The notes under the pieces were generated by a model. The model was given only the letters and a program-made list of their open reading frames with translations, made no database searches and had not been told where the DNA came from. Shown in pieces: positions 43,084 through 55,540 of a stretch of 64,000 nt of DNA. Source of the stretch: Setoptus koraiensis (Eukaryota; Animalia; Arthropoda); the NCBI GenBank assembly GCA_048013815.1, contig CM106586.1, positions 17,050,001-17,114,000 on the forward strand. Direction: 5' to 3'. Made by a program: the position numbers and the translations under genes. Positions within the stretch are counted from its first letter, which is position 1. Every line of letters begins with the position of its first letter.

Positions 43084-44955
43084 TCACTTAGCGCGATATT
43101 GGGTTGCTTCTCGATATTCCGAAGCGTCTTGCCCGAAGAAATCTTCCAACTGCCAATGCAATGTTTCGAAAGTTGGCCTTTTGTTCGGATCTTTGTGCCA
43201 ACATTTCTGCATATATTCATATAGTTTATCGGGGCAGTTACTGAGCTTAGGCATTCTATAACCGTTCTCTATCTGAGTGAGGACCTCAGCATTTGTCATA
43301 CTTGGGTATGGCACTCTACCGTTGGCAATTATTTCATACAGGACTATTCCAAAGGACCAAACGTCACTCTTTATACTGAATCTGCTATAATTAGCTGCTT
43401 CCGGAGCTGTCCATTTGATTGGGAATCTGCCGCCAGCCCGAGCTTCGTATTCGGAGTCTTTAATCAATCTGGCTAATCCGAAATCTGCAATTTTGCAAAC
43501 ATTGTTTTCACCAACTAATATATTGCGAGCAGCTAAATCACGATGGACATAGTTATGCGCCTCTAGATATTTCATGCCAGACGCAATTTGAGCTGCCATT
43601 TCTATCTTTATCCTGATGTCCAATTTTTTACCTTCGGGTGTTTGCAAGTATTCAAGCAAGGCACCATTCGTCATTAGTTCTGTTATAATAAATATAGGTT
43701 CCTCTTTGGTGCACACTGCGTAAAGTCTAACCAAGTGTTTATGCTCTAGACCCTTCATAATTTGAGCTTCCGCTAGGAAGTCCTGTGGATCCATGGAGCC
43801 TTTTTTGAGAGTTTTGATTGCCACACGATCTCTATTCATGTAGAGTCCTTCGAAGACTTGACCAAATTGGCCATGTCCCAATTCTCTGCCAAAAGTCAAA
43901 TGTTTTCGATCAATTTCCCAGTGATCATAAGACAATGTAGCAGGTACATGTTTCTCTGATCTGATGCATGGATCTTTGAGAACGGTACACAAACCATCTG
44001 GCTTGCTCGAATAATGTGCAACTAAAGCTTGAATGGTCGCGAATACATTCCTTTGAGCTATGAAATAACCTCCCTGTTCCGATGATCTAATGCGATAATG
44101 TTTCACTGATGTAACAGATATTAGTTTGTTGTCATCCTTTCCTTCTTTGGGACTAAAATCACGAACTGATAGACTGAAATCATTCACTCGGCTTTCGCTG
44201 TCTCTAACTAGAAAAGATCCAATTTTATTGTCTGGTAATAATAATTTTTTTTCTGCATCCTTCCTTTTGATGGCACCAAAATACCAGATTTCATCTTGAA
44301 TAGATTTCAATTCCTTGACATAGTTCCTAGGTATGTAACCTTTTTTAGAGTTTTTGTACAATAGCCTAGCAAAAAGCCAATCTAAATCATCTGAATCACC
44401 TATAACCTCTAGATGGTCGCCTTTTTTGAAGCCTAGATCTTCTATATTGTTAGCTTCGTAATCGTACAAGGCAACAAATAATTTAACGCGACTCGCGTTA
44501 TTGAATTCTAAATTTTTGAAATCTGAATCTAATAGAGTTTTAATATTGTTGCAATTTGATTGCTGTGGTAAGTTTGACGACAAGGAATTCAATTGATTAT
44601 TATCAAACATCAGCATAGGATGATCATCTAAATCGACTAGATTTTGTTGTTGCTCTTGTTGTTGTGCTATCGAATTGTTGTTGTTTTTCGTTTGAGCTAG
44701 CAAACGATGAGCTAGTAATTTGTTTTGATTGGCACTACTTAAATGTGGATGCGGCGACATGTGAAACGTCTGATGGCTTCTCTTGGAACTGGTGGCTCCG
44801 TTGCCCCTAAGCAATAGCTTGAGATCGGAGCCATCTTGCGAGACATTAACTAGAGCATTTAGGCTGGTGTGTCCATCACTGAGCACTGGGCTGGACAATA
44901 GATTGGAATTTTTGACGCGAGTCTTACGATCGCTTTTCGATAGATGAGATCCCAT
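43084..44955 (-). CDS. Src42A: Src-family tyrosine kinase, Src42A/Frk-like, single exon (623 aa)
   Basis: MGSHLSK myristoylation start, SH3 (FVALYDY...GYIPRNYV), SH2 (WYFG...FLVRDSES), kinase ([29 protein letters not shown]), tail HWQLEDFF...EYREA. Confidence 0.95.
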   Translation of the reverse strand: MGSHLSKSDRKTRVKNSNLLSSPVLSDGHTSLNALVNVSQDGSDLKLLLRGNGATSSKRSHQTFHMSPHPHLSSANQNKLLAHRLLAQTKNNNNSIAQQQEQQQNLVDLDDHPMLMFDNNQLNSLSSNLPQQSNCNNIKTLLDSDFKNLEFNNASRVKLFVALYDYEANNIEDLGFKKGDHLEVIGDSDDLDWLFARLLYKNSKKGYIPRNYVKELKSIQDEIWYFGAIKRKDAEKKLLLPDNKIGSFLVRDSESRVNDFSLSVRDFSPKEGKDDNKLISVTSVKHYRIRSSEQGGYFIAQRNVFATIQALVAHYSSKPDGLCTVLKDPCIRSEKHVPATLSYDHWEIDRKHLTFGRELGHGQFGQVFEGLYMNRDRVAIKTLKKGSMDPQDFLAEAQIMKGLEHKHLVRLYAVCTKEEPIFIITELMTNGALLEYLQTPEGKKLDIRIKIEMAAQIASGMKYLEAHNYVHRDLAARNILVGENNVCKIADFGLARLIKDSEYEARAGGRFPIKWTAPEAANYSRFSIKSDVWSFGIVLYEIIANGRVPYPSMTNAEVLTQIENGYRMPKLSNCPDKLYEYMQKCWHKDPNKRPTFETLHWQLEDFFGQDASEYREATQYRAK

Positions 44956-45482
44956 GAGGTACTAATAGTGGTTGCAATAGCAGTAGTAAAAAAAATTATT
45001 GTATATTGTGGCGTGCAAAAATATATTCCTGGCGGAATAAATAAATTCTTCTATTGTGGATATTCGTTGATATTCGTTGTGTGTGTCCTTGTTTGTGGTG
45101 CCATAAAATAAATAACCGTTCAATTATATCATTGAAAATCTAGGTGCGGGGGCCATTATTACGAGAGTGTTTGAGGCATTGGTGACTGGATGTCGCTAGG
45201 AGAAACATTGACAATATTAAATCCGATCTGTGAATATCTGGGCATGATAAAAAACGTCTTCTAATTAATTAATACTAATTCTAATTAATTGATAGTGGTG
45301 ACGACAATGTTGTGGTGCGTGCATAAAATATCCAGTCTCCTATCTAATGTCGAACAGACAATTTCTAGTGCACGTTCGGTGATGAGGCCCGCTTCTGAGA
45401 GATTCCATGTCTGGTGCTGCTCATCCGAGTGTCGGCGATCAATGGTTCACGTGATGTCGACAAATAAATAATACCGATGGTC

Positions 45483-45547
45483 CACTGGAGGTGGGCGCGT
45501 CGAATAAATTCGATCGGCGCGTTGAATAAATTCGGTCGGCACTGGAG
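45483..45547. repeat. Two 22-bp direct repeats bracketed by an 8-bp direct repeat
   Basis: cactggag (45483-45490) gtggg [cgcgtcgaataaattcgatcgg][cgcgttgaataaattcggtcgg] cactggag (45540-45547). Confidence 0.8.
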
Positions 45548-46880
45548 CAAATGCGACGCCAAAGAGTTGGGCGCTGCTGTTCTATTGTTGTGCCCGAGTC
45601 AATGTTCGATTGCCTAAACTCGAGTGTGTGTGTGCGCGATCGAATTATCTCTGGTCCGACACGCTACGTACTAAGGTTGCGCGGCCGTGCGGGGCAGCTC
45701 GCTTTGTTCGATTGGTGGCACGAGATTGTGTTTGGCCTCTTGCACTGTTCGGCGACAAACTTTCTATTTTAAAAAATTATCCTTATCTTGAGATTGCGTT
45801 TCACTGCCCATTAGCGACACATTGTCTCTTCTGTTATCTTGTCTCTGTGTGTGTGTATATTAATGTTTGTGTTGTGTCCCAGTTGTGCGCCGAGTTTGCT
45901 TTTTCGCGCACGCACCGACCGTATGGAGAAGTAGAATATTGTGTGTGTGTGTGCGAGGCAGTATAAATGGTGGTGCTTCGAAGCAGCGAACAACAACAAA
46001 AAAGCAGTAGCCAAGTCGCAGGCCCAGCGAACCGCTGGCACAAGCACACACCGAACTAACGCTTGCGTCTTCACTGGTCTCTCGAGTCCAGCGCTCAAGT
46101 GTATGTGTGTGTGTGTGTGCGTAAAAGTATGCTGCTGCCGCAGCAGCACCAATAGAACGACTTGAAAGTAGTGCACACCCCTACAAAGTACACAATTACA
46201 TGCTGCACTGTGTCGGCCACAGTTTTACACTGGTTTGTTCTAATGTAAAAACACTGCCACTGGGGGAAGGCAGCGGCTGGCACTGGTTTACGCATTGGCA
46301 TATAGGCGCTCGCACACACACAAAAATAGAAGCATGATTTGCATTGATTCTCGCCATAAGTTCCATTATTGTTTGTGCGCTCAACACCAAACGCCGAACG
46401 CCGAACGCCGAACGACCATGATGATGACCATGATGATGACGATGAAGATGATTGGCCCAGAGCCCAAAGCATCATAATCATCATCCCTCTGTTTGTCATG
46501 ATCTGTAGCATAAGGGCAGGCAGCACCGCCAGTGGCAGCATGGCCATACTATAACATGGACACTCTGTGTACTATAGTGCCATAGTGGTACTGTGTGCCC
46601 ATTCCCAATTGCCCCTCTGCTGCTTCTTTTCTGGGCCGCCAGGGCGGCGCACCCACATTTTCGTGTGCAGTGATACAAGCGATCGGCTGCCCATCTGTTG
46701 ACACCACCCATATACATTGTATCGTCTGACAATTGAGTGAGCGGTGCCCGTCAGCTGGAAGCCTCAATTTGACCGCTCGTCGAGACGCTCCGTGCCGGGC
46801 CGAGCACCGTTGCGCCCCTGGCGGACAAAAAGAAAGCAGCCGGCAGGCGTCGGAAAAGGCGCACGCAGTGCATAATTGAA

Positions 46881-46950
46881 TTCGAATGGTTTGAAATGGT
46901 TCGAAATGGTTCGAGATGGTTCAAAATGGCTCGAAATGGTTCGAACTGGG
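46881..46950. repeat. 10-bp minisatellite x7 (consensus tcgaaatggt)
   Basis: ttcgaatggt ttgaaatggt tcgaaatggt tcgagatggt tcaaaatggc tcgaaatggt tcgaactggg. Confidence 0.92.
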
Positions 46951-49246
46951 AAATGAATCAAATGAATCTTCTTGGAAGCGGCCGTCATGCATCTCTACGT
47001 GCTTGGACGCTGGCACGTCGGCCGCTATGCATCCCGCGATGGCCGCATATATGACGGGTATCGGCAGTGGGCAACGAGCGTCTTATTCTTATCACTGCAC
47101 ACACGCACACACACACCGCCACGTACTAATGCCCATTAGCAGTGTGTGCGTGTGTGTGCGTTCTTTGTCCGGCACACCAGCCACGGTGTTTGTGGGTATA
47201 CAAACAAAAGCAAAACGAGGAGCGCGACTCACCGCGCTCTCGATATGCCCACTGTTAATATTATTGTCTCATGGTGGACTCTGCGAAAGTATTTACTGTA
47301 TATTAGTTTGTAACCGGTGGTTTTCATTATCTTGCACTGTCCACATGGGCACACGGTCAATATCAAATTATATATCTTTTATTTGTGTGTGTGTGTTTAT
47401 CATTGGCCATGGCACTTTGACCGCCGCTCGAGAGCCACACGCTTGGCCATCTTTGTCTCTCTCTCTTGCCACTTTGCGAGACTGGACTCGTTTTTAAAAT
47501 CGGACGCCAGCACCACGCGCTGGATATACACTGAGGTGGCCGCAGTGCAATCACTGGACGACGAGTGACCGTGTTATTAAAAGTGCAAAAGCTGCTGTCC
47601 ACTAGCTGACTAGTGCAGCTATTTGTGACGCTTGGACACATTAGACGTTGGCACATCTCAAGCGTCTTACAGCGTTAGATTGTGTGCAGGGATCTCAAAA
47701 ATGGTAATGGCATGATGATGACTAATCAAGAATAAACATCTCACTATAGTCATGTAACCAAATAAAGCGACCAAACACTCACACTGGTTGATTTTTATGC
47801 AACTACGAATAAGCTTAATCCTGATGCACTCGAGCGCCGCAGTGCCCAGTATAAATTGGCATTAGCTTCAAGTTCAAAACAAGACAATTTTGCAGCAGTT
47901 TGCTCGCTCTCTCTGCAGCCCGTCGCTCCAACTTGCTTATATTGTATGGTGTTTGCAAGTAGATAACAAACAACAAAGTTACCACTTGAATAGTTTTAGC
48001 TGGTGCCAACAGCAACACCATCAACATCTAGTCAAGTGGTGAGTCATGTTTGTTGTTCAGCACCATTGTCTGGTCACACAACAAATTTAATTTGACCGGC
48101 ACTCGCAGCACTGCTGCCGGTGCTGCTGCTGTTGTTGCTGCTTTTGCTGCCGATCGCTAATGCTCATGACGGTGCCAAGGAAGTCCGGGCTCGGGGCTCA
48201 CTTTTGGCCAATGGTGTCAGGCAAGTTTATCAAAAGTTTATTTGGTTGCCTCTAAAAAGCTTTACTTTTCGACATACATCATATGCCCAACGACGACATC
48301 ATGCGAAATAATGATGGTGCGCTCCAGGAAATTGATACGGGTTGATCATGATGCACCTTACGTATTGTGTGTGTGTGTGAGTGTGCTAGAGAAGTTGCAT
48401 AATAACAATTATAACATTGATCGTGTCGAGTGCAACTTCATCCTCACAAATAAACAGACTGCTGCTGCTGCTTGGCTGTTGATCTTGGTGGTTGCAATTT
48501 TCGTGATTGTTTCACAATTGACACAACTATCTATTGAAACCTGTATAGTGCCCGCAAGGCCACTTGTTGGATGTGCTCATTAGTCGCCGAAGGGCTGTTT
48601 CTGTGTGCAGTGGAAACAGTAACTAATCTGCACCTTCAACTTGGTCAGCATCGAGTTTCGTTTGCCCAGCCTCGACTACAATTATGTGACTCCGATAATC
48701 ACAGACGATCCGCTTAGCGGCATCATTTGGATGCCGACCACAGACAGTTCGAGCCGTACTTTTGACAACTTCTTTGCATCCCCTTTTTGAGACTGTCTCA
48801 TTGGACATGTGATTGGACAAATTTCGTATTCGAAACATTTGAAATTGGTAAAGTTTCGCCCTCTTTATGTGGCCCGCAAAACCGATAATAGACAGTGAAA
48901 ACATGTCGCGATATAATCAGATATAACTAATTATTGCAAGTTAGCTGTCATGAGCTTTTAGCGATATCAAATGTAGTTATCGATATTCAAAGATTGATGC
49001 AGACGAACGAAACGAGACGAACTTTTACGTAATAGACTGGCCCGCATGCGCACAATAGTCTCAGGTAGCCAGAGCAGGGAGAGGGCAACGATGTAACAAG
49101 ATGAAGAAAAGACTTGTGCGGCGGCGCCAAAATCAAATACACAACAACACATGGCAATCAAAAGATGGATGTGTGTAACTATGTTTGACAGCATTAGTGA
49201 AAATAAACGTTGAGCCACTCGTACAACCCGATCAGAGAGTATCAAA

Positions 49247-52200
49247 ATGGTTTCTAGACTAGATAGATTATTTATTTTATTGGACACCGGTTCCACGGAC
49301 GCCATCCGATTGGCAGCGGCAAACCAGCTAGGAGAAGTCCAAAGGCTTCACCCAAATGAATTGAATATTCTTATGCAACGCCTCCATGAGTATTCTGGTA
49401 AGCCATCATGGGAGACTCGTGTAGCAACTGGACACGCCATCAAGGCCATTATGAAAAATGTGGCTTTGGATAACAGAGATATTGATATTAAATTAGAATC
49501 TAATAGTGATGAATACCAAAGCATTCTGAACGATTACGTCACAAGCAAATTGAGCTATGATCAATATAAATTGCCGCAAGACAGAAGCAATAACAATGCC
49601 GAGGAAAGGGGTTGCAACTCAGTGAAGAAAGTCAAGTTGGAAGATACACCCCAATCAACTAAAACAACTGTTAATGGCGTTTGGCCTCTAGAATGGATTT
49701 GTGATGAGTATATAGATGAATTATTTCATTCATCTTGGGAAATAAGACACGGCGCTGCAATAGCACTGCGCGAAATAATCAGAACACAAGGAAGACAAGC
49801 TGGACGTAGGTATGGCATCGGATTGACGAGCCCACAGAATGACACTTTGAACCAAATATGGTTAGTAGACTTTAGCTTGAAAGTTTTAAATGCTATCTCA
49901 TTAGACAAATTTGGTGATTTTCTATTTGACCAAGTTGTGGCGCCCGTAAGAGAAAATTGTGCTCAACTATTAGGTTGCTGTCTCAAGTATATGTCAGCGG
50001 AGAACGCATGCAAATTAAATCAAGTCATTCTCAATTCTTTTGATCGGGATGAATGGGAAATCAGGCATGGCGGCATTCTAGTGCTAAAATATTGCCTCAT
50101 CAGCGCTGATTCCAGTCTAGCCAAGCAATTACTATCTGTTTCCTACGACTTCATACGCAAGAGCTTAAGTGATCCAGTTGATGATGTTTCAGCGGAAGCC
50201 GCTTCAGCTTTGGTGCCCTTAAAAGAAACTCTAATCGACACTGTGCCCGATAAAATTACTGACCTGGTCGACTTTTTGTGGAACTACCTGGAGCATCTAG
50301 ATGAATTGTCCTCTTCTACTAGCAATATTATATCGTTACTGTCAACTTTGTTGGTTGCAGACAAACAAATTATTGGTCATCAGAAATTAGCCACGCTCAT
50401 ACCAAGATTATGGCCATTTATCAGTCATCCTTCAACCTCTGTGAGAATCTCAGTCTTAAAAGCCTTATCAACTTTATTGATATCTTCAGTTAACTCTTGT
50501 GCAAGTTGGATGCCTGAGAAATTACTCTCAGAAGCCTCTAGATTAATTTTCCAACGAAGTCTGATTGAAGACGTAGAGGAAATTCATGAACTTCTTGCTA
50601 ATGTATGGAGATTGTTGGTATCAGTTGATGAAGGATCAACTAATATTATTAGTCAACAAGAAATTCTATTCAAGGCGACATTTCAATATCTAAACTACTG
50701 GATTTCACTCATGATTCATCCTGCACACCAACCTATTGATCAGTCAAACTCCATGTGGCTTTGCTGTAATTTCAAATCATCAACAAATCAAAGCTTCCCA
50801 AGTGATAAGAACGTATTCATCGCAGCATGCACATCTACCGTAGATAATCCAGAAAAACAAAAATATCAAATAACCCGGTGTCGAATGCTAGCCGCCGAGT
50901 TTTTAGGTTTACTAATTTCAAATCTAATGTATGGTTTTAATAGTACTGAGAACAAATTGACTGAGGTTGACCAGGAGCCAGATTGTCAGAAATTGAATCA
51001 ACTCGATATTTTGAAATACTTGAATGATATGTTTGTCTATTATATAGGAACGACTTCTGCAACTCAAAGGATCATATCCGGTTGGACTATAGATGCCTGG
51101 TATCAGCCCAGCACTTTTTGTTGTTTAGGCATAAAACCTTCTGGTGTCAATTTACCAGACCAGCTCAAAGATAGATTAGTTAAGGGTGTTGGAGAGACAT
51201 CGTTATATTATGATGAGGTGATTAGTAGTTTAACACGTTTACAAAATGAAGCCAAAGAATTTGTCACTCTAATAGTGAGCAACAAATTAGTAGTTAACGA
51301 TGAGATGGCCCTGATTGGAGAGGCGCGTGTCTACACCATGAATCAGATAGACAGTCTATGTAATATCAACATAGACCGAGGCCCATCTACCACCAACTCG
51401 AACTCTAAGAGTAGTTCCAAACAAAACAACATATCGAAATTTCTTGACAAGAAACAACATCTGAAAGAAGCATTCGAAAGTGTTTCAGAAAGCCAGCGAA
51501 ATCTTTCGACGGCTGTATCATGTTCTTTGGCTTATGCGATCGTATCCTGGCAAGTGAGGCCGTCCAGCATGGATTCCATCATTGAGCCACTGATGTGCTC
51601 GTTATCCACAGAGGATGACCAACTGCTACAAACAAAGTCCGTGAATCATCTTGTGGCATTAATTTTAAGCCAAAATCTCAAGAGCCCTGACATTGTTTCA
51701 TCAGTCATTGACAAGCTGATTCAAACCGTATGCGATTTCGATCTTCCAGAGTCACAAGATTCCCAGGATGCTAGCATAATTATCTATCTTGATAACTTAA
51801 GTAAAAAAGTAGAACAAAACACAAAGAAGACATCGGGTGCTAGTTTAGCTTTGACAGTCTTAGTTAGAAAAGTAGGAAAAGATCTACCCAAAAGGCTAAG
51901 TTACCTTTGGGAAATGGTTGACTATGGCATAAAACAAAACAAAACAAACGTCGGTGAGCTTTCAAAACGTCTCAAAATATTAGAGATCATAGGACCTCAC
52001 GTACATGAAGAACTACACACCCGCCTGAGCGATATAATACCAATAATTAACGATCTACTCTCATCGACTTCACCTATCATTAGACACCTTGCAGGTAGAT
52101 GTATCGCCATGTTAGCCAAAATAATGACAACAAAAACTCTGGACCTTTCTTTGCAAACCATACTTGACATGTTGGAGGCAGATGATTCTGATCTTAAGCG

Positions 52201-54316
52201 ATGTGGTGCCATCGAAGCTATAGGCTGCATGATTGATAGTTTAGAATTAGGCGTTGTTAATTTAATTTATCTATTAGTAGTTCCGGTGCTTAGGAGAATG
52301 AGTGATAAACACGACCAAGTGAGATTAACGGCCACGCACAATTTCGGTCAACTAGTGAGATTAATGCCTCTAGATACGGCAAAACCTGGTGATCTCAATG
52401 AGGAACTATTGTCCAAAAGAGAGGAAGAGAGATATTTTATTGAACAATTGCTTGACGGCAAAAAAATCGAGGATTATATTCTAGATGTACCCATTCAAGC
52501 TGAACTTAGATCTTATCAGCAACAGGGACTAAATTGGCTAGCTTTCTTGAATAAATACAATTTGCACGGAATACTTTGCGACGAAATGGGTCTTGGTAAG
52601 ACCCTCATGTCGATTTGTATGTTGGCCGGTGATCACTGGAAAAGAATGAATAATCATCTGAAAAATGAAAAAGATAAGCCAAAACCTTTACCGTCTTTAG
52701 TTATTTGTCCGCCAACTTTGACAGGCCATTGGTTGTACGAAGTAAAGAAATTCGTGCCCAACAAACAACACTTGAATCCCATAGTTTATGGCGGAACACC
52801 AGCCGAGCGTGTAAAACTTCGTGAGCGAATCTCTGACCTGATGGAGTTTCACCCTAGCTCGAACGGATCAACTGAATCGGAATCACATAGTATAAATTTG
52901 GTCATTTGCTCTTACGATATGGTCAGAAATGATATAGAGTATTTTAAAGGTATAACATGGAACTACTGCATTTTGGACGAGGGTCATATAATCAAAAACG
53001 GAAAAACAAAACTATCAAAGGCTATAAGATCCATCTCATCAGCACACAGGTTGATACTGTCCGGTACTCCAATCCAAAACAGTGTCACCGAGTTGTGGTC
53101 ACTATTTGATTTCCTGATGCCGGGTCTTCTCGGCTCGGAACGTCAATTTCACCAACGATACGCTCGCCCAATTTTGCAGAGTCGTGAGGCCAAATGCTCC
53201 TCTAAAGATCAGGAGGCCGGTGCACTGGCTATCGAAGCGCTTCATGGTCAGGTATTACCTTTCATCCTTAGGCGAAAAAAGGAAGACGTTTTAAAAGACT
53301 TGCCTCCGAAAATCATACAAGATTATTTTTGTGAGCTGAGTCCATTACAGGTTCTTCTATATGAAGATTTCACTTCAAATCGCCTTCATAACCAGGTGGG
53401 AGGACAGAGCTCTGGATCTCATAGTAGTTCTATTGTTGGAGATGAATCGAAAAAACATGTATTTCAGGCCCTTCAACATCTGAAAAATGTGTGCAATCAT
53501 CCTAAACTAGTTCTGAAGAACACTAATAATATTGGATATGAGAAAATAGAGAAAGAATTAAAACTCAATCTAGGTTCACTAGATGATATAGAGCATTCCT
53601 CGAAATTGAAGGCTTTGCGACAATTATTGCTTGATTGTGGCATCGGTAGCCCGCCATCGTCCAGTCAAGATCAAATTGTCGAAAGTGTCCTCAAACAACA
53701 TCGAGCATTGATATTTTGTCAATTAAAGTCCATGATTGATATTATAGAAAGTGACCTATTGAAACAGCATTTATCAAATGTTACCTACCTAAGGTTGGAT
53801 GGATCAGTTCCTTCTTCGCAACGACACTCACTCGTAGAACGGTTCAACAATGACCCGTCCATAGATGTTCTTCTTCTCACGACACAAATCGGTGGGCTTG
53901 GTCTGAATTTAACAGGAGCTGACACAGTTATTTTTGTAGAGCATGATTGGAATCCCACCAAAGACCTCCAAGCTATGGATAGAGCACATCGCATAGGTCA
54001 AAAGAAGGTTGTCAATGTATACAGATTAATCACTGTAGGCACTATAGAAGAAAAGATAATGGGATTGCAAAAATTTAAAACTACTATCGCAAACACTGTA
54101 ATTAGCCAAGAGAATTCTAGTATGAACACTATGAAAACAGATCAATTATTTGAACTGTTCAATCTAGATAAGTCGATGAGCGAAAAGCAAGAGGACAAGG
54201 AGGAAGAACTCAAATCCATGGCTTCCGTTTTAGAAATATTGCCTGATCTATGGGATCAGCAGCAATACGATTCAGAGTATGACCTGACAAATTTCGTAGC
54301 ATCATTGAAAGATTGA
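49247..54316 (+). CDS. BTAF1: TBP-associated Snf2 ATPase Mot1/BTAF1, single exon (1689 aa)
   Basis: MVSRLDRLFILLDTGS N-terminus, HEAT-like region, Snf2 motifs GILCDEMGLGKT, ILDEGH, LSGTPIQN, LLTTQIGGLGLNLTGAD, QAMDRAHRIGQKKVVNVYRLIT. Confidence 0.97.
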   Translation: MVSRLDRLFILLDTGSTDAIRLAAANQLGEVQRLHPNELNILMQRLHEYSGKPSWETRVATGHAIKAIMKNVALDNRDIDIKLESNSDEYQSILNDYVTSKLSYDQYKLPQDRSNNNAEERGCNSVKKVKLEDTPQSTKTTVNGVWPLEWICDEYIDELFHSSWEIRHGAAIALREIIRTQGRQAGRRYGIGLTSPQNDTLNQIWLVDFSLKVLNAISLDKFGDFLFDQVVAPVRENCAQLLGCCLKYMSAENACKLNQVILNSFDRDEWEIRHGGILVLKYCLISADSSLAKQLLSVSYDFIRKSLSDPVDDVSAEAASALVPLKETLIDTVPDKITDLVDFLWNYLEHLDELSSSTSNIISLLSTLLVADKQIIGHQKLATLIPRLWPFISHPSTSVRISVLKALSTLLISSVNSCASWMPEKLLSEASRLIFQRSLIEDVEEIHELLANVWRLLVSVDEGSTNIISQQEILFKATFQYLNYWISLMIHPAHQPIDQSNSMWLCCNFKSSTNQSFPSDKNVFIAACTSTVDNPEKQKYQITRCRMLAAEFLGLLISNLMYGFNSTENKLTEVDQEPDCQKLNQLDILKYLNDMFVYYIGTTSATQRIISGWTIDAWYQPSTFCCLGIKPSGVNLPDQLKDRLVKGVGETSLYYDEVISSLTRLQNEAKEFVTLIVSNKLVVNDEMALIGEARVYTMNQIDSLCNINIDRGPSTTNSNSKSSSKQNNISKFLDKKQHLKEAFESVSESQRNLSTAVSCSLAYAIVSWQVRPSSMDSIIEPLMCSLSTEDDQLLQTKSVNHLVALILSQNLKSPDIVSSVIDKLIQTVCDFDLPESQDSQDASIIIYLDNLSKKVEQNTKKTSGASLALTVLVRKVGKDLPKRLSYLWEMVDYGIKQNKTNVGELSKRLKILEIIGPHVHEELHTRLSDIIPIINDLLSSTSPIIRHLAGRCIAMLAKIMTTKTLDLSLQTILDMLEADDSDLKRCGAIEAIGCMIDSLELGVVNLIYLLVVPVLRRMSDKHDQVRLTATHNFGQLVRLMPLDTAKPGDLNEELLSKREEERYFIEQLLDGKKIEDYILDVPIQAELRSYQQQGLNWLAFLNKYNLHGILCDEMGLGKTLMSICMLAGDHWKRMNNHLKNEKDKPKPLPSLVICPPTLTGHWLYEVKKFVPNKQHLNPIVYGGTPAERVKLRERISDLMEFHPSSNGSTESESHSINLVICSYDMVRNDIEYFKGITWNYCILDEGHIIKNGKTKLSKAIRSISSAHRLILSGTPIQNSVTELWSLFDFLMPGLLGSERQFHQRYARPILQSREAKCSSKDQEAGALAIEALHGQVLPFILRRKKEDVLKDLPPKIIQDYFCELSPLQVLLYEDFTSNRLHNQVGGQSSGSHSSSIVGDESKKHVFQALQHLKNVCNHPKLVLKNTNNIGYEKIEKELKLNLGSLDDIEHSSKLKALRQLLLDCGIGSPPSSSQDQIVESVLKQHRALIFCQLKSMIDIIESDLLKQHLSNVTYLRLDGSVPSSQRHSLVERFNNDPSIDVLLLTTQIGGLGLNLTGADTVIFVEHDWNPTKDLQAMDRAHRIGQKKVVNVYRLITVGTIEEKIMGLQKFKTTIANTVISQENSSMNTMKTDQLFELFNLDKSMSEKQEDKEEELKSMASVLEILPDLWDQQQYDSEYDLTNFVASLKD

Positions 54317-54640
54317 TATATGATAAAAGAACATTAAAATAGAACAATATCAGAAAAATTGGAGATACAACACTAGTTTCAGTATCAGAGAAAAAGATGT
54401 ACCTCTCTCGCTATGGCTCGATAAACGTTAGTTACTTCTGCTTCGTTCCTCTGCTAGTAAGCTTGGCGGCGACATATTTTTATGCGCCCCTCCGCTGTCC
54501 GAGATAACATCAGACGCGCTTTTGGTTCATTGATAAAAACTATACATGTATCGTGCATAAATCATGTTCTTCATCAACATTTTCATTTCATTCTGTTGAC
54601 ACACAATATTGTTTGCAAATAAACCTCCAATTATACAAAC

Positions 54641-55271
54641 ATGGATGTTGTAGCCGACATCCTCAATTATGAAAAACAAAAACTGGACTTCTATGCCATT
54701 TTAAACTGTTCCCATTCATCTTCCGTAAGTGAAAACAATTTTTATCGATGGTGTCGAGTACGGTATCGATGTCGATCATCCATAATGAATCGCTAAACAT
54801 ACTTTCATCTGTTGTTCGATTATTTTTTCTGAATATTCAACCCGACAGACGGAGCAGATACTCGCGGAATACAGAGTTAAGGCCCTTCAATTGCATCCAG
54901 ATAAAAATCTCGACAAACCTGATTGTGTTGATCAATTCAGGCAGCTTCAAAGAGCTAAAGATACTCTGTGTGATAAGGAAAAACGAAAGTCTTATGACAA
55001 ATGGCTGCAATCCGGCATAACAATTGACTTCGAAAGATGGCTTGCAATGAATGCAAGTCATTCCATGCATTGGGCACCGAGAACTGTTAGCACCAGGCTC
55101 ATGGTGGAGGAAGACAATTCCAGTCGCATAAGATCTACAGCTACATCGATGGATCGAGACCTGACGAATAACAGGGCTGATCAGAGTAACCCAGCCCTCT
55201 TCCAGGCACCATGGAGATCAGAGGATTCGAGTTCATCTTTGTTGAGAAGATTCAGAAATTACCAAATCTAA
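54641..55271 (+). CDS. DNAJC12: J-domain co-chaperone DNAJC12/Jdp; exons 54641-54724 and 54849-55271
   Basis: MDVVADILNYEKQKLDFYAILNCSHSSS|gtaagt...cgacag|TEQILAEYRVKALQLHPDKN (HPD motif)...YDKWLQSGI...SMHWA; phase-0 124-nt intron. Confidence 0.88.
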
Positions 55272-55540
55272 TGTCAACTAAATCATTGGGAATGAATGAG
55301 CGTATGTTAGTCTGGGAATGAATTCAATGAAACCTTTCGTTACAGTATTTGCATTAATAGTTTCGAACTTTTGACATGCTTGGGTTGATTCTTAAAAAAG
55401 AAAAAAATAATAATTGTGTGTATCAGAGCACCTTGAGTGAAAGTAGAACAGAGAAACTATTATCCCCATATCTCTGGACAGCGATCTCCAATTTATTTTG
55501 ATTCAATCATTGTAACTCATTGACACGTACTACCGAGGAA

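Noticed and set aside
46881-46950. Heat-shock element interpretation of the TTCGAA-containing 10-mer
   Set aside because: The spacing does not match nGAAnnTTCn alternating pentamers.
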